From the IMG/VR virus record IMGVR_UViG_3300020042_005696, positions 1 through 30,987 of that record: DNA of 30,987 nt; one strand, given 5' to 3'. The translations under genes were made by a program, and so were the position numbers. Origin of the DNA: a virus. Lineage: Duplodnaviria; Caudoviricetes. This document shows positions 8,611-15,868 of the stretch, piece after piece (the first letter of the stretch is position 1; every line of letters begins with the position of its first letter). The notes beneath the pieces were generated by a model. That model was not told the DNA's origin, did no database searches, and saw only the letters and a program-made list of their open reading frames with translations.

Positions 8611-8976
8611 GCGTTTCAATGGGGAATTGTCGATGTGCGTGCGTGGATTAAGACTTTGCCAAAAGGCACTTTGCGACAGTGGGAAGCCTTCGATGCCGTT
8701 GAGCCGGTTGGAGAACACTGGCGACAAACAGCAGAGATCACGACGATGCTTGCAAGGCAGATCGAATACACCGTTGCACTTAAGACTGGAAATCCGATGG
8801 AACCAACAACGATCCAGGACAACATGCCTTCGCGTTATCGTCGCATTGCGAAGCCGAAACCCAAACCAGTCAAGCAATCCACAGAAGACAAAAGAAGCGA
8901 ATTCGAACGCGTTGCGTCAAGCTTAGGCTTGGGAAAGATTGTTAGGGAACATGGCCGGATCAATCAACCTAGCTAA
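8569..8976 (+). CDS. Frameshifted extension of tail chaperone (lambda GT-like, T part)
   Basis: -1 frame reads KLRRSRKLRLAYRLAFQWGIVDVRAWIKTLPKGTLRQWEAFDAVEPVGE..., continuous with track ORF 8635-8976. Confidence 0.82.
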   Translation, partial: KLRRSRKLRLAYRLAFQWGIVDVRAWIKTLPKGTLRQWEAFDAVEPVGEHWRQTAEITTMLARQIEYTVALKTGNPMEPTTIQDNMPSRYRRIAKPKPKPVKQSTEDKRSEFERVASSLGLGKIVREHGRINQPS

Positions 8977-10879
8977 CGTTGCACTCGGGTTTGACTCATC
9001 GCAATTAACAAAAGGCGTTGATCTATCTGGTGCCGAATTGCGCAAGCTTACCGGAATCATTAAGGAGTCTATAAGTCCAGTCGATAAGTACTCCGATGAA
9101 ATGATTATTCTGGATAAGGCATTTCAGAAAGGTGCTTTGACAGCAGAACGGTTCGCCGCCGCGTCCGATCAGCTAGCGAAAAAATACGGTATCGAAACTT
9201 ATGCGATGATCGAGGCTCGGCAAGCTGCCGAGAAATTAGAAGCAAAGAAAAAAGAGCAGATAGAAACTAATATCAGACTCGCCGAGGCTGAAAGGAAGTA
9301 TGGAGAAATGCTTGCTGCTGCACAGCGTGACATGCTCGCTAGGCAGAAGCAGTTAGATTCAGAGCTTGCAATAGGGTTGAATTTACGAAAGCAAGTGGCA
9401 ACCGCAGACGAACGCAACGCTGCTGCTATAAAGCAATACGATCAGTACCTAAAGCAAGGCATCATAGACCTGCAAACGTACAATCGATTGCTAGACCAGA
9501 TGAGAGCAAAACCGCCGGCTAGCCCTCCTGTTGGATCCTCTGTATTTGGAAGCGATATTAAAAGTACTTTGGCACAATATGTTGGCATGGCTGCTGCGTT
9601 TGCGGGAGTTAAGAAAAGCCTATCATTAGCGGCAACAGCCGAGACGAATAAAATTTCACTGGAGGTATTAACCGGTTCAGTAGAAAAAGCGCAGTATCTG
9701 TTTGAAGGATTTGTTGAACTTGATCGGTCCTCTCCTTTATCACGTTCAGATTTTTCAAGAGCTGCACAGACGCTAGTTGGTTACGGGCTTGCAGCTGGAT
9801 CAACGTTACCAGCATTAAGACAACTCAGCGAAATATCCATCGGCAACGCGGATAGATTGCAATCGCTCGCACTCGCTTTTGGGCAGGTGCAAGCAAACGG
9901 CAGATTGATGGGGCAAGAAGTATTGCAGATGATTAACGCTGGATTTAATCCGTTGCAAGAGATAAGCCGAACGACTGGCCGCAGCATGGTCGAACTTAAG
10001 AAGGCTATGGAGGATGGTGCGATAACATCAGGAATGACCGCGGATGCGTTGAAATCGGCGACGAGCGAAGGTGGAAGGTTTTTCGAGATGAACGAAAAGC
10101 TAAAGAACTCCGCAGCAGGACAGTGGGCGAAAATGAAATCTGATGTTGAGATGCTTGCAACTTCGATTGGTACCGAGTTACTGCCAGTTGCTAAATCGTT
10201 CATGGATCTTATGAAAAGCGGAGGAGATGATAACGGAAATTCTGGATTGTCTGGATTGGCAGTTAAGACGGTTTCGGTTTGGGCACAAGGTATGGAAATG
10301 GCAAGTGCTGTGCTGCAAGATGCTTTTACAAATCTAGACGGTAATTCACAAGGGACAGTATTAAAGGACTTATTAGATCGAAAGAAAATGCAAGAGTTAA
10401 TGAAGCCTCCTGTTAAGACTAAAGAGCAAAAAGAACAGATTGCAAGAGAGATCGAACAAGAGGCAGAAGAAGAACGAAAGCTTGCGGAGGAAATAAATGC
10501 GAAAGCTAAGGCGGACGCAGCTTGGTTAAAAAACGAAGAAAAATCATCTGCTCAAGCAGTGGCGGCGATCAAAAGGAGAGAAGCCGAAAAGCTAATGCTT
10601 GAAGAGTTTAAGTATAAGGAAGCAAGCATTCGAAAAGAGTTTGCGGAGCGGAATAAAAAAGAGGCTGAGCAGATGGGCAGATCAGGGGGCGTAGGCAGCA
10701 CAGAAACACCATTACTGCGAGCAGGTAGCGTCGAAGCTTACAAGTTCATGATGTCTCAAAAGGATAAGCAAGCGGAAGCAACAGAACGTCATATCAGGGT
10801 ATCCGAAGAAAGCAAAGCAGTACTTGAAAAACAACTAGACGCACTAAACCACCAACGCACGATGCAGACAAAGAGGTAA
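8951..10879 (+). CDS. Tape measure protein
   Basis: ATG 8951 (MAGSINLANVALGFD); tape-measure core LALAFGQVQANGRLMGQEVLQMINAGFNPLQEIS...ATSEGGRF; long coiled coils. Confidence 0.93.
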   Translation: MAGSINLANVALGFDSSQLTKGVDLSGAELRKLTGIIKESISPVDKYSDEMIILDKAFQKGALTAERFAAASDQLAKKYGIETYAMIEARQAAEKLEAKKKEQIETNIRLAEAERKYGEMLAAAQRDMLARQKQLDSELAIGLNLRKQVATADERNAAAIKQYDQYLKQGIIDLQTYNRLLDQMRAKPPASPPVGSSVFGSDIKSTLAQYVGMAAAFAGVKKSLSLAATAETNKISLEVLTGSVEKAQYLFEGFVELDRSSPLSRSDFSRAAQTLVGYGLAAGSTLPALRQLSEISIGNADRLQSLALAFGQVQANGRLMGQEVLQMINAGFNPLQEISRTTGRSMVELKKAMEDGAITSGMTADALKSATSEGGRFFEMNEKLKNSAAGQWAKMKSDVEMLATSIGTELLPVAKSFMDLMKSGGDDNGNSGLSGLAVKTVSVWAQGMEMASAVLQDAFTNLDGNSQGTVLKDLLDRKKMQELMKPPVKTKEQKEQIAREIEQEAEEERKLAEEINAKAKADAAWLKNEEKSSAQAVAAIKRREAEKLMLEEFKYKEASIRKEFAERNKKEAEQMGRSGGVGSTETPLLRAGSVEAYKFMMSQKDKQAEATERHIRVSEESKAVLEKQLDALNHQRTMQTKR

Positions 10880-10882
10880 CGC

Positions 10883-11782
10883 ATGGCGTCACAAATAATC
10901 GGCGAGATGCGCGAGGCTTCTGCCTCAGTAAAAAAGGGTAATGGCAATCAGCTAAAGTTCACTTCGACTTGGAAATTTCTGGTACTAACCGATAGCGTCA
11001 ACGTATCGCGTGAGGAAGTATTGCTTGGAACGCCAGGCCTGCCTGTCGTAGGGTTGATCTACGGATGGATCAATGCAATGTGCGTTGGCAATTCATGCGT
11101 TCGTGCTGCTGAACCAAATTACTGGCATGTAACGTGTGAATTTGAAACAGGGACTGAGGATCAAAAGCAAGATCCTAGCAACCCTGGTAGCGGGACAGAC
11201 TTCAGCGGTAATCCATTACCGAATCCAGACCCAAGAACTTGGCTTCCTGTTTTCGAGATAGATGGCATTGAAACGCGACAAAAAGTATTGCTTACCGACA
11301 ATTCAAACGTTCCGGTTAGATGTGTTAATTCCGCTAAGCAGTTGTTTGCCGATCCATTGACCGAAACAGTTTCCCTGTGTTCTTTCTCGTTCGTTCAATT
11401 TGAAGATCCTGCACAAGACATAACCGACATACTAGACAGGAACGACTGTGTAAACCTAAATGACTTTGCAGGTAGAGATAATCGAACGCTGAAGATAAAC
11501 GTAACGGCTGCGTCGCTAGGATACTGGGGCAATTTCCCTGCATGGAGAGTTTCCTACAAATGCACATACGATCCGGAAAACTGGGACGCAAAGGTAATAG
11601 ACGCTGGCCCCAATCAACTGGATGGAACCAAATTAAAGCCGTGCATGGATAAATTTAACGTCTTTCGAGTAGTCGGTAATTTGAACGGCAGCGGAGTCCA
11701 GCAAGATAACGACATTGATCCTGTTGTCCTGACGTTTGAGACTTATCGTGCAATCGCTTTCGAAGACTTCATAAGGCGGTAA
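10883..11782 (+). CDS. Putative distal tail / tail-tip protein
   Basis: First gene after tape measure; beta-rich, 8 Cys; family not recognised. Confidence 0.55.
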   Translation: MASQIIGEMREASASVKKGNGNQLKFTSTWKFLVLTDSVNVSREEVLLGTPGLPVVGLIYGWINAMCVGNSCVRAAEPNYWHVTCEFETGTEDQKQDPSNPGSGTDFSGNPLPNPDPRTWLPVFEIDGIETRQKVLLTDNSNVPVRCVNSAKQLFADPLTETVSLCSFSFVQFEDPAQDITDILDRNDCVNLNDFAGRDNRTLKINVTAASLGYWGNFPAWRVSYKCTYDPENWDAKVIDAGPNQLDGTKLKPCMDKFNVFRVVGNLNGSGVQQDNDIDPVVLTFETYRAIAFEDFIRR

Positions 11783-11790
11783 GCGTAACT

Positions 11791-12141
11791 ATGGCAGTGA
11801 AAGAGGAAGTTGTATTCGGGTTTAATTCAAGCGATGCCGACGATCTAATTAAGATGATTGGTAAGCGTTACCAGTACCCGACGCCACACGACACATACGA
11901 CGCAACGCGGCTAGTAATCGCATACACAACCGCAGGTGCTACAGCTCGCGTAGGCACGACGCTTGGCGTTGGCGAAGCAACTATCTACTATCTTGCTGTC
12001 TCGGGTGCGAATCGTGTGTTGACGACGACGGCTGTTGATGTGGACTTCTTTAATTTATCGACAACAGCGGTTGGAGCCACGAAGTACTTGATGTTGCTTC
12101 GCGCGGGTGACGTGTTCGTGTGCAACTGGGAGGATTGCTAA
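11791..12141 (+). CDS. Hypothetical tail-tip protein ending VCNWEDC
   Basis: Intact ORF in tail module; C-terminal Cys pair. Confidence 0.55.
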   Translation: MAVKEEVVFGFNSSDADDLIKMIGKRYQYPTPHDTYDATRLVIAYTTAGATARVGTTLGVGEATIYYLAVSGANRVLTTTAVDVDFFNLSTTAVGATKYLMLLRAGDVFVCNWEDC

Positions 12142-12142
12142 C

Positions 12143-13615
12143 GTGGGATGCCGCAAGCATTCTCCTGGCAACCCTTGCGATTGCATTCCTCCCGACTGCG
12201 AGTTCGTCGAGGCCGACTTACCAACGGTGAACATAACAGGCATGACCGAGGCAACCGGTTGGCTTTTTTTTAACTCTGGTGATTGCTGTATTGCTTCAAA
12301 GCGATTTACTTTCGACGTGACGCAGGACGATATCGTACTCGACGGTGGCGACGTTCTGACTTGGGATAAAACGGAAGTTTGTAAAACGGAAGCCTTTTGC
12401 TACGACAAACAATGTGGGACGGTAACTCAGGTTTTCTGGCAGCAGACCGATCCAAACGGACGCGGGGCAATACTCGAAGACGAGAGCGATGAACCAGCAT
12501 ACAATTGCGATTGCGGGTCGCCAACGTTTACGCAAGTCCACACGCTGACGAAAACAGTTAGGCAACGCGGCGGAAGGCGGTTCGTCGTTACAGTGCATCC
12601 GACAGCGATATGGGTCTCTTTCCAAAAGACATCCAGCTACGTTTGCAGTCCATCTGCCGCAGTGACTCGATGGATCATGCGATCCTACGTCTATTACGAC
12701 GGAAGCTATTCCTACATCGATTACGGTGAACTCACGACGACTTACACGAGCACGGCGAACACGACTTGTTGGGAATGGCCTGCCGACGCTTCGTCAGGAG
12801 ATTATCCGTGGGACATTGCTGGCGCGAGCAACGTAACAGCATTCACAGATACCATCGATTCGAGCGGTATCGTGTGCCGTCAAAAGGTGCTGACTACAAT
12901 TCCCACAACAGAGACAAGCTACACGTTCAACGACGGTGACACGCACGACACTGGATGCACGCAACCGTGTGAGCAGTGCGATGAAAGCGATTTGTGTTTT
13001 GCATCGGACGATCTGGGTGACGATGAGCCGACGGCGGGATTCTGCGAAGCAACGATCGTTACGACAGCAACGGACAGTGCATACACGCTTCAGCTATGCG
13101 AGCCTCACTACATTTATTTTTGGGCTGAAACTGGGACATGCAACACGCTTTTCGAGAACATGTTTCCGGATGCGGCTCCGAATCAAATGTTCATCCAAGA
13201 CGCAACGATATGCTGTACACGATACTTTACGGACACTGCATTTCCATACTACACGACGGCATACCTCGACGCGATTTGCACGATACCAGCATACGACTAT
13301 CCGTCGTGGGATACGCTGACGGCTGGCAGTGCAGGGAGTGGAATACTAACCGATTGCGATTATCCGACGTTGAAGGCAGGGCAGGTAATTGAAGACTGCT
13401 GGCCGACGCAGACGTGTGCGGCGTGTCCAACAAGTACACAGACAGGAGACTCAAATCAAAACCTAGTTGTGGCTACAACGACAAGGACAGTGCTGAAATC
13501 GATTGGAGCAAGGATCGTCGAACTTACTCGCACCGTATCGTGTAGCGGCTACACTCCCGTCGAAGCGTGCGTGACGTTCGAAGCTTGGACGATCATATTA
13601 CAAGAAGGACTGTGA
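12143..13615 (+). CDS. Cysteine-rich, acidic, Thr-rich putative tail-tip/receptor-binding protein
   Basis: Probable GTG start 12143 just after previous stop; about 30 Cys in ~490 aa by hand count (PCDC, DCC, CDC, CTQPCEQC, ICC, CAAC). Confidence 0.7.
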   Translation: MGCRKHSPGNPCDCIPPDCEFVEADLPTVNITGMTEATGWLFFNSGDCCIASKRFTFDVTQDDIVLDGGDVLTWDKTEVCKTEAFCYDKQCGTVTQVFWQQTDPNGRGAILEDESDEPAYNCDCGSPTFTQVHTLTKTVRQRGGRRFVVTVHPTAIWVSFQKTSSYVCSPSAAVTRWIMRSYVYYDGSYSYIDYGELTTTYTSTANTTCWEWPADASSGDYPWDIAGASNVTAFTDTIDSSGIVCRQKVLTTIPTTETSYTFNDGDTHDTGCTQPCEQCDESDLCFASDDLGDDEPTAGFCEATIVTTATDSAYTLQLCEPHYIYFWAETGTCNTLFENMFPDAAPNQMFIQDATICCTRYFTDTAFPYYTTAYLDAICTIPAYDYPSWDTLTAGSAGSGILTDCDYPTLKAGQVIEDCWPTQTCAACPTSTQTGDSNQNLVVATTTRTVLKSIGARIVELTRTVSCSGYTPVEACVTFEAWTIILQEGL

Positions 13616-13992
13616 TGCGTATCGTCTGTCCAAATCCGATTCGCAATGACAAGTCGGTTGCGCGAAGCTATCCGATATCGGTTACGCAGACGCGATCGGT
13701 TGTTCAGTTCCCGACGATCGCGGAACGCAACTTGGAGTTGTACCATGCGTTGTGGTTTGAACTGCATTCCAAACAAGACGCTACACCGGAGTGGTTCAAC
13801 GCGTGGGTTAAGCGAGTACCTCAAGCTAGTTGTTCGTGCAAAAGAGAACTGGATGCGTACATAGTTCAGCATCCAGTTGATTACAATCGGTTCGAAGACT
13901 GGGGAATAGACTTACACAATTTCGTTAACGCACGACTTGGAAAGCCTTTGTGGATAAAACCCGACGCAGCGATTCCAAAAACATCTGTTTGA
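13615..13992 (+). CDS. Erv1/Alr-family FAD-dependent sulfhydryl oxidase-like protein (CxC variant)
   Basis: LWFELH ... VPQASCSCKRE ... WGIDLHNFVNARLGKP matches the Erv/ALR signature W-x-x-L-H ... P-C-x-x-C ... W-x3-L-H-N-x-V-N-x-x-L-G-K-P; TGATG overlap with Cys-rich gene. Confidence 0.85.
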   Translation: MRIVCPNPIRNDKSVARSYPISVTQTRSVVQFPTIAERNLELYHALWFELHSKQDATPEWFNAWVKRVPQASCSCKRELDAYIVQHPVDYNRFEDWGIDLHNFVNARLGKPLWIKPDAAIPKTSV

Positions 13993-14016
13993 CATCCGAG
14001 AAATAGCTAATATACT
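13989..14016 (+). promoter_or_regulatory. Sigma70-type promoter
   Basis: TTGACA (13989-13994), 16 nt, TATACT (14011-14016). Confidence 0.75.
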
Positions 14017-14026
14017 TGCTTGCACC

Positions 14027-14233
14027 ATGCAATATCTATCACCAAATCAATTTGCTAAACGTCACGGCGTGTCTAGGCAGTGCGTTTCCATGTGGCTCAA
14101 GGAAAACAGAATTGTTGGCGCGAAGTCTAAAGCCGACCCGCATGGGCGGTTTGTCTGGATAATTCCGACGAATGCGAAGCGTCCAGCAAAAGAAAAAACG
14201 GGCAGAAAACCAACGAAAACATTGGCTAAATAG
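14027..14233 (+). CDS. Helix-turn-helix DNA-binding protein (HTH_17/excisionase-like)
   Basis: YLSPNQFAKRHGVSRQCVSMWLKENRIVGA...WIIP with basic TGRKP tail. Confidence 0.8.
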   Translation: MQYLSPNQFAKRHGVSRQCVSMWLKENRIVGAKSKADPHGRFVWIIPTNAKRPAKEKTGRKPTKTLAK

Positions 14234-14272
14234 CCGTTTTGGAATTATTCTAGAATTCTTTACTGAATTCTC

Positions 14273-14300
14273 TTGCACCCCGCAACCTATATGCTATAGT
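14273..14300 (+). promoter_or_regulatory. Sigma70-type promoter with extended -10
   Basis: TTGCAC (14273-14278), 16 nt, TG-C-TATAGT (14292-14300); AT-rich upstream region. Confidence 0.65.
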
Positions 14301-14362
14301 AATTACATCAGTCGGACGCACACCGCGACTGACAACTGACTCCGACCTCAGGGATAAATAAG

Positions 14363-15004
14363 ATGAAAACAGCAGTAGTATCCAACACAACAACCAACAG
14401 AGTCTATTCCTTTTTTCGCGCTGCACTGTTCGATACATACGGAAGATGCCCAGTCGACTACACAACACAAGTTAAGACGCACGAAAGCACGGGTCGCTCC
14501 TACTACTACACGACTTTGGGCGGAAAACCAATCTACCACCCGTCAGCGTACAGGTGGCCCAAGTGCTACCACGCTTCCACCCTGGAAATCCATGTAAATC
14601 CGTATTGGCTGCAAAAGCACCTAGCCGCTCCAAGAGGCTATCGGTGGTCAGTAGATACGCTAGGAGTCAATCTAGTCCAAATACGCACAGGGCAAGCCTA
14701 CCACCCCAGCAAATCGCAGATTCTTGAAGGCGCTAAAGCGGTCTCTAAACTCCTACGCACAGCAATCATTGCACGCAAGCGAACTGCGAAGATTAACGCG
14801 AAAATTGCCAAACTAGCGACGACAACATGGGTAACGCTCGACGACAGCAAATCAGCAGGTAATTGCCCCCAAGGTAGCCAAACATTCGCACAACGTCACG
14901 GGCTAGGCGATTGTGGAGCTGTTCGTGCTGATTACTTAATGCGTCTCGAATCGAGCGAACGAGTACGAAACGCCGTGAGAATTGCAATGAGCCGAAAGGG
15001 ATAA
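14363..15004 (+). CDS. Basic hypothetical early protein
   Basis: 213-aa ORF after promoter; C-terminal VTLDDSKSAGNCPQGSQTFAQRHGL; function unknown. Confidence 0.7.
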   Translation: MKTAVVSNTTTNRVYSFFRAALFDTYGRCPVDYTTQVKTHESTGRSYYYTTLGGKPIYHPSAYRWPKCYHASTLEIHVNPYWLQKHLAAPRGYRWSVDTLGVNLVQIRTGQAYHPSKSQILEGAKAVSKLLRTAIIARKRTAKINAKIAKLATTTWVTLDDSKSAGNCPQGSQTFAQRHGLGDCGAVRADYLMRLESSERVRNAVRIAMSRKG

Positions 15005-15042
15005 CACTCGTCGAAGGCCTTCCGACCGGGGGCCGTATCGGG

Positions 15043-15081
15043 GCTGGCTCGCGGTCGGAAATTGCGGGCCAGCTTTTCTTT
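15043..15081 (+). terminator. Intrinsic terminator (overlapped by alternative stem)
   Basis: GCTGGCTCGCGGT-cggaa-ATTGCGGGCCAGC followed by TTTTCTTT. Confidence 0.7.
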
Positions 15082-15105
15082 CCACCAACAATTAGGAACC
15101 CAATC

Positions 15106-15270
15106 ATGACCATCTCCCAAGAGCAAATCGAAACCGCTCTTCAAGACCTCGCCCGCAAGCTAAACATCCGGCTGTCCGGAACGATGCTCAACGTTTTAGA
15201 AACGGCCGCTGCACAGATTGCTAAGCATGCTGAGCACAAGCCAGTCAAGAACCACGCAAGCGTTGGCTGA
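15106..15270 (+). CDS. Small hypothetical protein (54 aa, absent from ORF track)
   Basis: MTISQEQIETALQDLARKLNIRLSGTMLNVLETAAAQIAKHAEHKPVKNHASVG*; TAGGA RBS upstream. Confidence 0.6.
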   Translation: MTISQEQIETALQDLARKLNIRLSGTMLNVLETAAAQIAKHAEHKPVKNHASVG

Positions 15271-15283
15271 GAATTCGTGAAGC

Positions 15284-15340
15284 CCGCTACCTGCCAGCCC
15301 AACTTTCCACGGGAAGGCTGGTGGGTAGTGGTTTTTATTT
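15284..15340 (+). terminator. Long terminator-like hairpin upstream of csrA
   Basis: CCGCTACCTGCCAGCC (15284-15299) pairs with GGCTGGTGGGTAGTGG (15316-15331, G-U included), then TTTTTATTT. Confidence 0.7.
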
Positions 15341-15362
15341 ACAACGAAAAGGAGTTCATATC

Positions 15363-15557
15363 ATGTCAGTCGAAGAAGGCAAAAAAGGACGCTTAGTTCT
15401 CAAGCGCAAGCAAGGCGAAAAGATCGTACTTGGCAACGGTTCGATCGTGATAACTAACATGGGCAACGATCGACTTTGCATCGAGTGCCCGAAGGATATT
15501 GCTGTGCATCGTCACGAGGTATTTGTTGCAATAAAGAAAGAGAGGGAATTGGAATGA
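15363..15557 (+). CDS. csrA: Carbon storage regulator CsrA/RsmA-like RNA-binding protein
   Basis: LVLKRKQGEKIVLG...LCIECPKDIAVHRHEV matches CsrA L-x-L-x-R-K-x-G-E...I-x-A-P-x4-V-H-R-x-E; RBS AAGGAG. Confidence 0.85.
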   Translation: MSVEEGKKGRLVLKRKQGEKIVLGNGSIVITNMGNDRLCIECPKDIAVHRHEVFVAIKKERELE

Positions 15558-15868
15558 AAATCTATTTCTGGGCAAAGATGACGCGAGTAACCGGGCAAGC
15601 TCCAAAGGATCATCGCTGGTATGCGTCCTGCGGAACTGACGCTGAAACAACTGGCAGATTTTGCGAGTCGGTTGAGTGGGCTGACTATGCAATTTATAAG
15701 TCTGAATGTCACAAACGGATAGTAGCTGATGCGTTCATCGCTGACGTACATAGGCACGCGAAGGACAACGGATTCAATACAAAGCCGTGGGTGATTGAAA
15801 TCCAAGAGAAGGAATATCGGTATTACGAACGACGTAGGAACGCTTGGGCGAAGGGGGAGTTGGTATGA
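15554..15868 (+). CDS. Hypothetical protein
   Basis: ATGA overlaps at both ends (MKIYFWAKM...GELV). Confidence 0.65.
   Translation: MKIYFWAKMTRVTGQAPKDHRWYASCGTDAETTGRFCESVEWADYAIYKSECHKRIVADAFIADVHRHAKDNGFNTKPWVIEIQEKEYRYYERRRNAWAKGELV

Noticed and set aside
8609-8926. Plus-strand 105-aa ORF before the tape measure
   Set aside because: Wrong frame relative to the slippery site; the -1 frame ending at 8976 gives the chaperone extension.
12936-13392. Alternative-frame + ORFs inside the Cys-rich gene
   Set aside because: Arg-rich by-products of repeated ACG/GAC codons in the Thr/Asp-rich main frame.
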